Below, piece after piece: positions 20,601 through 29,892 of a stretch of 64,000 nt of DNA (positions are counted from its first letter, which is position 1; each line of letters starts with the position of its first letter). A model generated the notes under the pieces. The model was given only the letters and a program-made list of their open reading frames with translations. It made no database searches and was not told the origin of the DNA. Position numbers and translations under genes: made by a program. Source of the DNA: Bacteroidetes bacterium UBA7662 (lineage in GTDB: Bacteria > Bacteroidota > Bacteroidia > UBA7662). The stretch covers positions 10,180 through 74,179 of the forward strand of contig DLHS01000014.1 in the NCBI GenBank assembly GCA_002483345.1, written 5' to 3'.

Positions 20601-23335
20601 TTGGCATACTCAATGATCCGAACCGGAATTCAAGCAACTGGTACAATGCCAATGTCGCAATTGCGGCGCAAACAGGCCCGGCATTCGGTGGGGTGAGTAC
20701 AACAGGCTATTCTGAACACATCCTGGAATTGCCTTCGGACTTTAACTATCGGGCTAACAGGGTTCGTTTCAGGGTAGAGTTTGGAACACTTACCACCGTT
20801 TCGGAGGGTGTTGCCTTTGATGATTTCCATCTGTATTCTCCTCCTGCCGTGGATGTAAATTTATTGGCCATTACCCGCCCGGTAGCTTGTCCGGATAGCC
20901 TGGATGCCAGTGATACCATTCAGGTGCTTGTCAAGAACAGCGGCACGGATACTTTGCGTGGCATATCTTTCGATTATCGTTTCAGGCATTTTTCAGGTAC
21001 AACTGTCCAGGGAACGCCGTTTACTGCCCCCGATACCCTCGTGCCTGCGGCGACCAAAAGTATTACCTTCCCGGCTTTCCCATCACCGCCTAACGCGCCT
21101 TACGGGGATTATACCCTGGAGGTTTACGCAGTACAGGCAAACGATGGCAGGAGAATCAATGATACGCTTACCAGGTGTGTCAAAACAATACCACCTGTTG
21201 ACCTGATCATGTCAAGCGTAATTGATCCGCTACCCACTTTGTGTTATCCTGCAGGTTTTGTCAATGTGAAATTTGTGGTCAGAAATGTTGGTAACAACAC
21301 TGCGGCTACCTACAATGCTTACTATAAACTGGATACGCTGCCGCCCGTAATGGAGGTGATTAACCGCCCGCTTGCATCCAATGCATATGATACAATCAGC
21401 ATGACAGTGCCTTTGCGGATACCTGTAGGGCCTGCTTCATTGATGGTTTATGTGAATTCAACACAGGACGGCAAACAATTCAACGACAGCAGCAGGGTTG
21501 ATCTGGAAGGGTTGGTTCCTTATGATTTGCCTTATCGCGAAACAAATGAGTCATTCCCTGCGGGTTCTCAGGTACCTTATTGCCATCAGATTGTGTTCAA
21601 CGCCGCTGGTACACCGGTTGGAAAAATTGAAATCATCAATAATGTCAATTCTCCAAGCAATCCATCCGATAAAGTTATTCTGATGGGTACCGCCTCCAGC
21701 GGGTCTACTGCCTGGACACAACCTACGAATCCGTGGGATCCTGCGTTCCAGCCTTTCTTCCTGACCCGCATGGTATTACCGGTAATAACCGATGCGCGTC
21801 CGAACATCCACCTGCGTTTCAGGTTGCTGCAGATTGCAGGTACAAACAACAACTTTACATACCTGCGTGTATTGGCCAATGGTGTTGAGGTGAACAGGTT
21901 CCAGCCAACAGCCGCTACCCCTGCGACCAATCCATTTGCAACCATCGATCTGGATTTGACCAGTTTCTATACCGTCGGTGATCCGCTCATTATTGAGTTC
22001 CAGTCGAAATGCCGCTATTCATTCCTGCAAACCGGTACCAACCGGAATGGTAACCTGATTGATGATATCACCGTTTATCATTCAGTAACCAATTCGGCAA
22101 ACATTGAGGAGATTACCTATACACCACCGTTCCCGACAGCGAATACGCCGGTAACCATCCGCGCTAAAATCAGAAATACCGGTCAGGCAGTTCTGAACAG
22201 CGTTACAGTTGCCGCAGATGTACGTGGAACAGCCCTTCAGACCATTAATTTCCAGCCGGGAATTGCTTTCCTGGAGGATTCCGTACTGGTATTCAATACC
22301 ACTTTCCTGCCGCTCGTCGGATCGAATGAAGTGTGTGTGGTTACCTCGCAACCTAACGGCCAACCCGATGCGTATACTTTGGATGATTCGCTTTGTCTGG
22401 ATGCCATCGGCTTTGATCTGGTAACCAATTATCCTTATTGCAACGACTTTGACCAGAATCAGCCACCCTGGCTTACCCTGAATCCGTTTACTTTAAGGGC
22501 AGCTACCAGTACCTGGAAGTTCGGAACGCCTCAGAAAGGCCACATAAACGGCCCGTCCAGCGGACCCAATGCCTGGTATATCGGGGCTGACAGTTTGTAT
22601 GGCATACTGGAGAATTCTGCCTTGTATACGCCTATTTTCACCCTTGAGGCAGATAGTTGTTACCGTGTAGAGTTTAAGAGTAAGTGGCTCACCGACTTCT
22701 TCAACAACGACACCACCGAAGCTCCTTTGGGAGGCGATGGAGGTACCTTCGAATATTCGACAGACGGTGGTTCCAGCTGGGATTTCCTGGGAGCAATCGA
22801 CTCTATTGATTGGTATGTAAGCTATGTGCAGGCCATGCTTGTTCAGGGAAGTGTTCCTTTCCTGCCAGGTTTGGGATGGTCAGGCAAGTCCCCTGACAAT
22901 TACGTCACACTGAGTCATCCGTTCAGTTCTGCAAGCGCAAATCAAGTGCTGTTCCGCTTCCGTTTTGCTTCCGACAACGGTTTCAACGGAGAAGGCTGGT
23001 CTATTGACGACTTCTGTTTTGTGAAGGTTGCAGGCCCTTGTGCTCCGCTTTCAACACCGCAATTGTTCACCGCTGATTTTGATGTAAAACAGAATTATCC
23101 GAATCCTTTTGACCGAACTACCACCATTGAGTATAAAATTCCGGCAGCAGGCAAGGTCAACATTCAAGTCCGGGATATGATCGGCAGAATTGTTTCCAGC
23201 TATCCGCAGGGTATGCAGGGTGAGGGTGAATACCGGACAGAAATAGATCTCGGTAACCTGAATGCCGGTGTATATTTCTACACCGTAAGTTTCGGTGGTC
23301 AGCAGATCACCAAAAAGATGGTTATCAGTAAATAG
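17696..23335 (+). CDS. very large secreted protein with three MAM/choice-of-anchor-like modules and a T9SS C-terminal sorting domain
   Basis: Signal peptide present. A W(x)xGTP(A/Q)K...NAW... module recurs near nt 19410, 20355 and 22515. The C-terminus (NYPNPFDRTTTIEYKIP...GVYFYTVSFGGQQITKKMVISK) is a typical Por/T9SS tail. Confidence 0.75.
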   Translation: MVKRLCTLAFLLFSTFSVYAQLPPGVNMRFFTSFENPNPFDSTTSAFTGPNASSFSVETTLSSPAGGQSVRSMLGAQSTITLTTHPVSTLGQTKVWFDFNHIAKVASEEQAQVQISIDGGNNWTNLSVTNCNYLGAALAFRTRNSFAEFDYSTWDVLNPAAVPLNTWWKHERFDVSYIAANQADVRFRFRLQDGGLPGAGSPPRYGWLIDSVMITSAFSELVPPVINHTPLTGNQYQIDNAIFATINDGPGCDTTGILNTWAFFTNNNGPLDSVELIRVGTSLIWRDSIARPQVADGDTVCYYLRSKDSSPNQNIRYFPNQSNPGDSCISYIVSGPPLLNHTPFLGVQFSAGPFVVTASSSDASGIDSVLLFYSINGGAWQLKRMNPGANNSYSDTIFVIDGDTIDYYLESVDLSLRRFRTRIPDTAWTFIASGPPTITWPTAFAQCPIFLGGIFESPPFNIGVQITDASRIDTAFLYYTINNGPLDSVGMTRITTPGFCNWSGAIPVAANEDTICYYVTAYDSSVRNNYRSDPDTSCRQFVVLSGIKPNYNDDLESIPLWNASLGTPSAPDGWVLGTPAKSNINATRTGTKAWVVGPLNSDYAGNAFYYLESPVFDFSDAENPTLSFWMWRNISDGLTGGDALWIEYTTNIYAPVWTKLTAGLGISNNWYNKINAIPALPGTAGGFWDGSTNGYQKSEIRLTAPVFQNNPNKLKFRFVFRSTPTFHANGVAIDDISITRPVPVDVNVLRVVSSSPPTQAFAGTQVISGNPFNFGVTIRNFGQVALDTVPMVWELNGLRDTTILYLGPLAVNRDTTLMLDSVRGGTINCWSDIKVWSAKLDDTNQLNDTTLTNVYGIPTVRFPYLENFDSTAACNWLPLAIGSNNMPWERGTPAKATINASFSTPNAWVTDLDANPIANSQGYLYSPLFDLSKSVNGLLSVRLHRRFAAGSGLRITYSNENNNGPWLPLGILNDPNRNSSNWYNANVAIAAQTGPAFGGVSTTGYSEHILELPSDFNYRANRVRFRVEFGTLTTVSEGVAFDDFHLYSPPAVDVNLLAITRPVACPDSLDASDTIQVLVKNSGTDTLRGISFDYRFRHFSGTTVQGTPFTAPDTLVPAATKSITFPAFPSPPNAPYGDYTLEVYAVQANDGRRINDTLTRCVKTIPPVDLIMSSVIDPLPTLCYPAGFVNVKFVVRNVGNNTAATYNAYYKLDTLPPVMEVINRPLASNAYDTISMTVPLRIPVGPASLMVYVNSTQDGKQFNDSSRVDLEGLVPYDLPYRETNESFPAGSQVPYCHQIVFNAAGTPVGKIEIINNVNSPSNPSDKVILMGTASSGSTAWTQPTNPWDPAFQPFFLTRMVLPVITDARPNIHLRFRLLQIAGTNNNFTYLRVLANGVEVNRFQPTAATPATNPFATIDLDLTSFYTVGDPLIIEFQSKCRYSFLQTGTNRNGNLIDDITVYHSVTNSANIEEITYTPPFPTANTPVTIRAKIRNTGQAVLNSVTVAADVRGTALQTINFQPGIAFLEDSVLVFNTTFLPLVGSNEVCVVTSQPNGQPDAYTLDDSLCLDAIGFDLVTNYPYCNDFDQNQPPWLTLNPFTLRAATSTWKFGTPQKGHINGPSSGPNAWYIGADSLYGILENSALYTPIFTLEADSCYRVEFKSKWLTDFFNNDTTEAPLGGDGGTFEYSTDGGSSWDFLGAIDSIDWYVSYVQAMLVQGSVPFLPGLGWSGKSPDNYVTLSHPFSSASANQVLFRFRFASDNGFNGEGWSIDDFCFVKVAGPCAPLSTPQLFTADFDVKQNYPNPFDRTTTIEYKIPAAGKVNIQVRDMIGRIVSSYPQGMQGEGEYRTEIDLGNLNAGVYFYTVSFGGQQITKKMVISK

Positions 23336-23354
23336 TAACGCACAACCAAAAGGT

Positions 23355-23387
23355 AGGGCCCTGATGATTCAGGGCCTTATTTTTTTA
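23355..23387 (+). terminator. Rho-independent terminator after the T9SS cargo gene
   Basis: A roughly 10-bp stem AGGGCCCTGA / TCAGGGCCTT with a 4-nt loop, followed by a T-run. Confidence 0.6.
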
Positions 23388-23416
23388 AGATACTTTTCTT
23401 TTTACAATAGAAACAG

Positions 23417-23424
23417 TATATTTG
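23417..23424 (+). promoter_or_regulatory. Bacteroidota-type -7 promoter box (TATATTTG) upstream of the L31 gene
   Basis: Match to TAnnTTTG about 22 nt upstream of the ATG at 23447. Confidence 0.35.
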
Positions 23425-23446
23425 CCATCCATTTGAAAGCAATATC

Positions 23447-23695
23447 ATGAAGAAGGGCATCCATCCGGAAAATTATCGTCAGGTCATATTCAAAGACATT
23501 TCTTGTGACTATGCCTTTATGACACGGTCATCTATAGACACGAAAGACAGCATTGTATGGGAGGATGGCAAAGAATATCCCCTCATCAAACTGGAAATTT
23601 CTCACAAATCTCACCCGTTTTATACTGGTAAACAGATGCTTATTGATACTGCAGGTCGTGTAGATAAATTCAACCAGCGTTACAAAAAGAAGTAA
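23447..23695 (+). CDS. rpmE2: 50S ribosomal protein L31, type B (no CxxC zinc motif pair)
   Basis: 82 aa, [15 protein letters not shown]...HPFYTGKQ...[10 protein letters not shown]. Confidence 0.85.
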   Translation: MKKGIHPENYRQVIFKDISCDYAFMTRSSIDTKDSIVWEDGKEYPLIKLEISHKSHPFYTGKQMLIDTAGRVDKFNQRYKKK

Positions 23696-23714
23696 TCTGC
23701 TTCTCAAGTTTTAG

Positions 23715-23740
23715 AATCCGGCCTCGTGCCGGATTTTTTA
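23715..23740 (+). terminator. Rho-independent terminator after the L31 gene
   Basis: An 8-bp stem AATCCGGC / GCCGGATT with a 5-nt loop, followed by TTTTT. Confidence 0.6.
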
Positions 23741-23785
23741 TTTCCGGTCTTCCCGGCTTTCAGCCCCTTCCCGTATTTTTAACCC

Positions 23786-25057
23786 ATGAGAAAATTCTTT
23801 TTCCTCCTGTTGTTCTGGACTACTGCCGGGCATGCCCAGTTTGTAGATACGCTCACGGTCATGACCTATAACTTGTTGTATTACGGGGTGAATACCAGTT
23901 TCTGTACCACCGGAAACAACAATGTAGCGACCAAAAACGGGCATCTTCAGACCATTTTTCAGCATACAAAACCAGATGTTCTGGGTGTTCAGGAGATGGG
24001 GGCTGTTTCTTATTCCGTCGGACTGCTGCAGAACGTGCTTAATACCAACGGCATCACCTCCTGGAGCCGGGCTCCCTATACCAATACAAATGCCTCTAGC
24101 CTGGTATCGCTGTTATATTACAATACCGATAAACTTACCTTTCAGCGTCACGACCCGGTTCCTACTGCAGGGCGTGACATTATCCTGTATCGCTTATACT
24201 ACAACACCATTCCGCTTAACAACGACACTATCTTTCTGAACTTTGCCGTCATGCATTTAAAGGCAGGAGGAACTAGCTCCGACCAGGCGCAAAGGGGTCA
24301 GGAAGCGCAAACACTGATGGATTTTCTGAACAATCAGGGATTTAAAGGGAATCTTGTTATCATGGGAGACCTGAACGTCTCTTCTTCCTCTGAAAGCGGC
24401 TACCAGCATTTTGTGACGCACCCCAACAATGCCATCCGGTTATATGACCCTGTTAACAGACCCGGCAACTGGTCGGCTAACAGCAGTTTTGCAGACATCC
24501 ACACCCAGGCACCCACCATCAACAGCAACGGTTGCACTTCAGGGGGTGGCATGGATGACAGGTATGACCATTTGCTGATTAACGATTACGTGCGTCAGGA
24601 TTCAGGGAGGGTGGCGTATGTAGCCGGCTCTTACCTGGCGGTGGGCAACGATGGAATCCGTTACAATGGCGCTGTAAATTCTCCCAGCAATCAGCAGGTG
24701 CCCGTTCCCGTAGCCAATGCTCTTGCGGTGGCTTCTGATCACTTACCGGTGCGTTTGAAGCTCGCTATCGACTTGAGTGGTGATGTATCGGTACGCGGCC
24801 TTAAAAACACGCAGACTGCGCTGCGGTTTGCGGTGGCAGATGAGGAATTACTGATTTGGTCGGAACAACCCTTTTCCGGAGAATTCCGCCTGGTTGTAAG
24901 AGATTTGGCAGGTCGTTTGGTACTGCAAAGGGCAATTACGCTTTCTGAGGGTCAATCGCAGGGGATTCCTGTTGATTTTATCGCTAAGGGGGTGTATGTC
25001 GTCAGCTGGACCGACGGTAAATCTCAGGCAGGCTCAGGTCGTTTTATTCGGCCTTAG
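23786..25057 (+). CDS. secreted endonuclease/exonuclease/phosphatase (EEP) family protein with a T9SS-like C-terminal domain
   Basis: Signal peptide present. EEP motifs LTVMTYNLL, VLGVQEM, GDLN and SDHLPV are present. The C-terminal beta-rich tail ends GVYVVSWTDGKSQAGSGRFIRP. Confidence 0.7.
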   Translation: MRKFFFLLLFWTTAGHAQFVDTLTVMTYNLLYYGVNTSFCTTGNNNVATKNGHLQTIFQHTKPDVLGVQEMGAVSYSVGLLQNVLNTNGITSWSRAPYTNTNASSLVSLLYYNTDKLTFQRHDPVPTAGRDIILYRLYYNTIPLNNDTIFLNFAVMHLKAGGTSSDQAQRGQEAQTLMDFLNNQGFKGNLVIMGDLNVSSSSESGYQHFVTHPNNAIRLYDPVNRPGNWSANSSFADIHTQAPTINSNGCTSGGGMDDRYDHLLINDYVRQDSGRVAYVAGSYLAVGNDGIRYNGAVNSPSNQQVPVPVANALAVASDHLPVRLKLAIDLSGDVSVRGLKNTQTALRFAVADEELLIWSEQPFSGEFRLVVRDLAGRLVLQRAITLSEGQSQGIPVDFIAKGVYVVSWTDGKSQAGSGRFIRP

Positions 25058-25661
25058 GTTGTTGGGCGTAGCTCAGGTTACATTGTTCGATGAAAGCCAG
25101 TATTTCCTCTTTCCCCTTTTCAGTGTTGGCTGAAGTTAGGTGGATGGCCGGGAGATCGTCCCAATGTTCAAGCATGGATTTTCTGAATGCAGCTACATTG
25201 GTTTGAATAGCAGAGGAACCCAGTTTGTCGGTTTTGGTGACAGCAATGACGAAGGGTACGCCATATTCTCCCAAACGATTGGCAAAATCAAGGTCGTTTT
25301 GCTGTGGCGGGAGCCGGCCGTCGATCAGCAGGAAGATACAGACCAGGTTTTCGCGTTTGGTGAGGTAGTGCCGGATCATCTTTTCCCAGTCTTCCCGCTT
25401 GCCTTTGGATACTTTGGCATAGCCATAACCCGGTAAATCGACCAGATACCATTTTTCATTGATGATAAAATGGTTGATAAGCTGGGTTTTTCCTGGTTTG
25501 GCAGAGGTTTTGGCGAGACTTTTCTGGCCGGTAAGCATGTTAATCAGGGAAGATTTACCCACGTTGGAGCGGCCGATGAAGGCATATTCCGGCTTGTCAG
25601 AAGCCGGAAGCTCACTCATTTTGGCACTGCTTTTTTCGAAACGACAGCTTTTAATCTTCAT
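25044..25661 (-). CDS. engB: ribosome biogenesis GTP-binding protein YihA/EngB
   Basis: P-loop GRSNVGKSSLIN, then LVDLPGYGYAKVSK and TKTDK motifs. Confidence 0.9.
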   Translation of the reverse strand: MKIKSCRFEKSSAKMSELPASDKPEYAFIGRSNVGKSSLINMLTGQKSLAKTSAKPGKTQLINHFIINEKWYLVDLPGYGYAKVSKGKREDWEKMIRHYLTKRENLVCIFLLIDGRLPPQQNDLDFANRLGEYGVPFVIAVTKTDKLGSSAIQTNVAAFRKSMLEHWDDLPAIHLTSANTEKGKEEILAFIEQCNLSYAQQPKAE

Positions 25662-25723
25662 ACTGCAAAGAAAGGGAAAAAGAAGGGGCGCTGTACGCGA
25701 AACAAAGGGCGGCAGGCTTTGTC

Positions 25724-25731
25724 TATATTTG
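25724..25731 (+). promoter_or_regulatory. Bacteroidota-type -7 promoter box (TATATTTG) upstream of ubiE/menG
   Basis: Match to TAnnTTTG 16 nt upstream of the ATG at 25747. Confidence 0.35.
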
Positions 25732-25746
25732 CAACAAATTCAGAAA

Positions 25747-26484
25747 ATGGCGGAAGTCGTGAAACCTTATCCGGGACAGGAGGGAAGTAAAAAGGAACAG
25801 GTGGCAACCATGTTTGACAATATCTCAGGGAAGTATGATCTCCTGAACAGGGTATTGTCGATGGGCATTGACACTATCTGGCGAAAAAGGGCCATTGGCA
25901 TGCTTCGGGCAGACAAACCTAAGCACATACTTGATATTGCTACCGGCACAGCCGATTTTGCCATTGAAGCCTTGCGTATCCATCCGGAGAAAATTACCGG
26001 TGTAGACATCTCTGCCGGCATGCTTGAAATAGGGAGGGAAAAGCTTAAAAAAAGAAATCTGGATGATCGTATTCAGCTCGTGCTGGGAGATTCAGAGAAA
26101 TTGCCTTTTTCGAATAACAGTTTTGATGCCGCGACGGTCGCTTTCGGGGTTCGCAATTTTGAACATCTGGAGAAAGGACTGGCCGATATCCGGCGTGTTT
26201 TACGTCCGGGTGCCAAATTGGTTGTGCTGGAGTTTAGCCGGCCGGCCGCCTTTCCTGTTAAACAATTATTCGCCTTTTATTCCCGTTATATTTTACCGGT
26301 AGTTGGCAGAATGGTCTCCAAAGACCAGACAGCCTACACCTATTTACCCGAATCTGTGCAGGCTTTTCCGGAAGGAACGGCTTTTTTAGCGAAGATGCAG
26401 GAGGCCGGATTCGAAAATCTCAAGGAGAAACGCTTAACTTTCGGCATATGCTCGATATACGTTGGAGAAAAATCAGCTGCCTGA
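25747..26484 (+). CDS. ubiE: demethylmenaquinone/ubiquinone C-methyltransferase UbiE/MenG
   Basis: MAEVVKPYPG...VATMFDNISGKYDLLNRVLSMGIDTIWRK plus the SAM motif ILDIATGTADF. The ORF-track start at 25459 is an antisense read-through of engB. Confidence 0.85.
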   Translation: MAEVVKPYPGQEGSKKEQVATMFDNISGKYDLLNRVLSMGIDTIWRKRAIGMLRADKPKHILDIATGTADFAIEALRIHPEKITGVDISAGMLEIGREKLKKRNLDDRIQLVLGDSEKLPFSNNSFDAATVAFGVRNFEHLEKGLADIRRVLRPGAKLVVLEFSRPAAFPVKQLFAFYSRYILPVVGRMVSKDQTAYTYLPESVQAFPEGTAFLAKMQEAGFENLKEKRLTFGICSIYVGEKSAA

Positions 26485-27146
26485 TTGCAGTACTTTTGCT
26501 TGTGGCACCCTGGGCCAGCGCACAGCGGAATAATCCCTATTACGACGATAAAACGATACATTTCGGCTTTCTCGTCGGCTTGAATTCCAGCACCTTCTCG
26601 ATGCAGCACCATGCTGCCAATTATTTGCTCAACGATAGCATGACCTATATTCAGCCCAGCTGGGGGCCTGGTTTTCACCTGGGAATCATCGGCGATTTAC
26701 GACTGGCAGAACACGCTACGCTGCGGTTTTCACCAACATTGATGTTCTCACAACGAAACATTGATTATTCATTCGTGAATCCGCTCAATGATATCCGACG
26801 CAGTATACAGGTAGCCAATGTGGATATTCCCCTCTTACTGAAATTCAGAAGCGATCGCATCGATAACTTCAGAATGTATATGATAGGAGGAATGAAGTAC
26901 ACCATCGACATGGCCTCCCAGGAAAAGGTGGTGGAGGATATAGAACGTGTAAAGATTATCCGCAACGACCTGGCTTATGAAGTTGGTATCGGCTTCGACT
27001 TTTATCTTCCCTATTTTAAGTTTTCGCCTGAAATCAAATTTGCTCAAGGTCTGAACAATGTACTGGTGCCCGAAAAGCATGTTTACAGCAATCCGATAGA
27101 GGCGCTTCGGGCCAGAACCATCATGATTTCATTCAATTTCGAATAA
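26448..27146 (+). CDS. PorT/SprT-like outer-membrane beta-barrel protein
   Basis: Signal peptide present, alternating beta-strand pattern, C-terminal aromatic end (ISFNFE). Its size and its position next to ubiE recall the porT arrangement as I remember it in other Bacteroidota. Confidence 0.5.
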   Translation: MLDIRWRKISCLIAVLLLVAPWASAQRNNPYYDDKTIHFGFLVGLNSSTFSMQHHAANYLLNDSMTYIQPSWGPGFHLGIIGDLRLAEHATLRFSPTLMFSQRNIDYSFVNPLNDIRRSIQVANVDIPLLLKFRSDRIDNFRMYMIGGMKYTIDMASQEKVVEDIERVKIIRNDLAYEVGIGFDFYLPYFKFSPEIKFAQGLNNVLVPEKHVYSNPIEALRARTIMISFNFE

Positions 27147-27901
27147 TGTCACGCATTGCCCTTATTACAGGTGCTACCGCAGGAATAGGCGAGGCCATTG
27201 CACACAAACTGGCTGCGGATGGATGGTCTCTTATCCTGACCGGACGCCGCCGGGAACGCTTGCAGCGGCTGGCCGGAATTTTCGGGGATAAAGTCCGGGT
27301 ACTGCCATTCGACATCCGCAACCGGGCGGAAACAGAAGCAGCGCTGCTGTCCTTGCCCGACGCCTGGCAGGAGATATCATTGCTGATCAACAATGCAGGC
27401 CTTTCGCAGGGCCTGGATCCGGTACACAACGGGAACCCGGATGATTGGGATACCATGATAGATACCAATGTCAAAGGCTTACTGACGGTAAGTCGTGTGG
27501 TAAGCCAATGGATGATAAACCGCGGCATTGCAGGACACATTATACAGGTAAGCTCCACTGCCGGCAGGGAAGTATATCCCAATGGAAATGTTTACTGCGC
27601 AACCAAACATGCCGTAGAAGCCATTGCCAAAGGCATGCGGTTGGAGTTGAATCCTTACGATATCCGGGTAAGTACCATTTCACCTGGTCTTACCGAGACT
27701 GAATTTTCAGTCGTTCGTTTTAAAGGCGACAGTGACCGGGCCTCGCAGGTTTACAAAGGTTTTGAGCCCCTGCGTGCAGAAGATATTGCCGAGGCTGTTC
27801 AATTCATGGTTAACAGGCCGGCACATGTGAATATTGCCGACCTGGTTATCATGCCCGCTGCCCAGGCAAGCAGCGGCCTGGTGAAGAAAAATCTTTCTTA
27901 G
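27146..27901 (+). CDS. SDR-family NAD(P)-dependent oxidoreductase (YdfG-like)
   Basis: TGATAGIGEAIA cofactor motif, NNAG, and the catalytic S...YCATK. Confidence 0.85.
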   Translation: MSRIALITGATAGIGEAIAHKLAADGWSLILTGRRRERLQRLAGIFGDKVRVLPFDIRNRAETEAALLSLPDAWQEISLLINNAGLSQGLDPVHNGNPDDWDTMIDTNVKGLLTVSRVVSQWMINRGIAGHIIQVSSTAGREVYPNGNVYCATKHAVEAIAKGMRLELNPYDIRVSTISPGLTETEFSVVRFKGDSDRASQVYKGFEPLRAEDIAEAVQFMVNRPAHVNIADLVIMPAAQASSGLVKKNLS

Positions 27902-28434
27902 AACTTATTCCGCCACATTTGGGAAGCCACCGGCTTCACCGTCCGCACATTGTATTTGGCGTTTTTCTTGGTATTGTATTTATTGATGATATCACCTTCC
28001 ACCGAGAAATAGATCAGTTGCCCGATAGGCATGCCTGCATATACGCGCACGGCCTGGGTACATGAAATTTCAAGTGTCCAGGTGTTACAGAATCCAACAT
28101 CTCCCTTGCCTGCTGTGGCGTGGATATCGATGCCTAAACGGCCTACAGAAGATTTGCCCTCGAGAAAGGGGACATGGTTGTGGGTTTCGGTATACTCTTC
28201 GGTTACGCCCAGGTAGAGGGTGCCCGGCTGGAGCACATAACCCTCGGCAGGAATCATAAACTCATCGATGGGATTATCGGCACGGGCATCCAGCACCTGA
28301 CTGCGATACATGGCCAGGTATCTCCCCAGATGTACATCGTAAGAATTGGTTCCCAGGTTTTCAAGGCGGAAAGGCTCGATGAGGATGCCTCCTTTTTCAA
28401 TTTCTTCGAGTATACGTTGGTCAGTTAATATCAT
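27898..28434 (-). CDS. dcd: dCTP deaminase
   Basis: MILTDQRILEEIEKGGILIEPF... and the LEGKSSVGRLGI motif. The internal Met at 28434 is preferred as the start. Confidence 0.85.
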   Translation of the reverse strand: MILTDQRILEEIEKGGILIEPFRLENLGTNSYDVHLGRYLAMYRSQVLDARADNPIDEFMIPAEGYVLQPGTLYLGVTEEYTETHNHVPFLEGKSSVGRLGIDIHATAGKGDVGFCNTWTLEISCTQAVRVYAGMPIGQLIYFSVEGDIINKYNTKKNAKYNVRTVKPVASQMWRNKF

Positions 28435-28595
28435 GGGGCTGAATGCTTTGGGCGACAAAAATAGAGAGCTTATCCGAAGCTTTCTAATAAGTCGTACAAA
28501 AAGGCTTTTACACTGGCTTTTCAGGCAGGAATAATTAATTTGTTATTCTTTTCCAGGCCGGTAGGAAAGCCGGAATAATCAGCCAAATTCGCATT

Positions 28596-29891
28596 ATGAG
28601 CAGTAGCCTTCAGGCCTTTTCCGGTAAACGTGTCCTTATGCTGGGTTGGGAATTTCCGCCTGTACACAGCGGTGGACTGGGGGTTGCCTGTTATGGGTTG
28701 GCCAGGGCCTTGCGCAGTGTGATTGAACTCACTTTTGTAGTGCCGAGAACTACCGAGGCCTCTGTCCTGGAAGGCGTTACGCTGGTTGGCTTAAATCACC
28801 TGGATAAAAAGATACAGATCACCAGGCCGGAGCTGAGCCGACTGGAAGGTAGTTTGCCGGAGCTTGAATATTACCAGCTCAGCGCGGTAGCCTCTGATTC
28901 GGTCCGGGCAGGGTATCTGGCACAGGCGGGACTGGAACGGCTCCCCATTGCCGAGCTCATGGATGATCAGGAAGTATACGGATCTAAACTGTTGCAGAAG
29001 GTATCGGCTTATGCCGAAGCGGTGGTAGCAAAATATGGCGATCATTTTGAGTTTGACCTGATTCATGCGCACGACTGGCTTACCTACCTGGCAGGTGTAC
29101 GGTTGAAAAAAAAAACCGGCAAACCGCTGGTGGTTCATGTACATGCCCTGGAAACTGACCGGGCAGGCAAGGAGGTGCGCAATACCATGTATTTTGTTGA
29201 ACGGCTGGGGTTGCAAATGGCCGATAAAGTCATTGCGGTGAGTGAATACACCAAACAAACCGTGCATGAATTATATGGTATCAGGGAAGATAAAATTGTA
29301 GCCATTCACAATGGAATCGATCCGCAACCGGTTTTCAGGCACGAGCACCATGTTCCCGAAAAAATAGTAGCTTTTATTGGCCGCCTGACACATCAGAAGG
29401 GCCCTTTTTATCTGTTGGAAACGGCAGAGAAAGTAATCAGACAATATCCGCATGTCCGATTCGTCATTGCCGGCACAGGGGATAAAATGAAGGAAATGAT
29501 AGACTGGACGGCCTACAAAGGCTTGAGCAGGAATTTTCTGTTTACCGGTTTTATCAACCGGGAGAAAGTAGAACAACTGCTGGCAGTAGCGGATGTATAT
29601 TTTATGCCTTCTGTTTCTGAACCTTTCGGTCTGACGGCCTTGGAGGCAGCGCAGTTTGGGGTGCCCTGTGTGATTTCAAAACAATCCGGCGTCGCCGAAA
29701 TACTCAAGTATGCCATCAAGGCAGATTATTTTGATACCACCACCTTCGCTACCGAAATAGTGAAGTTGCTTACCGACGACAATTACCGGAAACAGGTTGC
29801 CGGCGACATCGGTCATCAGCTGGAAGATATGAAATGGGATGACGCGGCACTGCGGGTTGTACGGGTATATAAAGACTTCTTAATTAACTGA
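28596..29891 (+). CDS. GT4-family glycosyltransferase (glycogen-synthase-like)
   Basis: GT-B fold signatures are present: FPPVHSGGLGVA, and the C-terminal E-x7-E region SVSEPFGLTALEAAQFGVP. It is paired with a GH57 gene. Confidence 0.75.
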   Translation: MSSSLQAFSGKRVLMLGWEFPPVHSGGLGVACYGLARALRSVIELTFVVPRTTEASVLEGVTLVGLNHLDKKIQITRPELSRLEGSLPELEYYQLSAVASDSVRAGYLAQAGLERLPIAELMDDQEVYGSKLLQKVSAYAEAVVAKYGDHFEFDLIHAHDWLTYLAGVRLKKKTGKPLVVHVHALETDRAGKEVRNTMYFVERLGLQMADKVIAVSEYTKQTVHELYGIREDKIVAIHNGIDPQPVFRHEHHVPEKIVAFIGRLTHQKGPFYLLETAEKVIRQYPHVRFVIAGTGDKMKEMIDWTAYKGLSRNFLFTGFINREKVEQLLAVADVYFMPSVSEPFGLTALEAAQFGVPCVISKQSGVAEILKYAIKADYFDTTTFATEIVKLLTDDNYRKQVAGDIGHQLEDMKWDDAALRVVRVYKDFLIN

Positions 29892-29892
29892 T

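Noticed and set aside
23388-23446. Zur box controlling the zinc-independent L31 type B gene
   Set aside because: No convincing AT-rich palindrome is seen, only a -7 promoter box. L31 type B may be the sole L31 copy here.
25459-25746. N-terminal extension of the ubiE ORF (ORF-track start at 25459)
   Set aside because: The extension is antisense to engB coding sequence. UbiE homology begins at the Met at 25747, which is preceded by a TAnnTTTG box.
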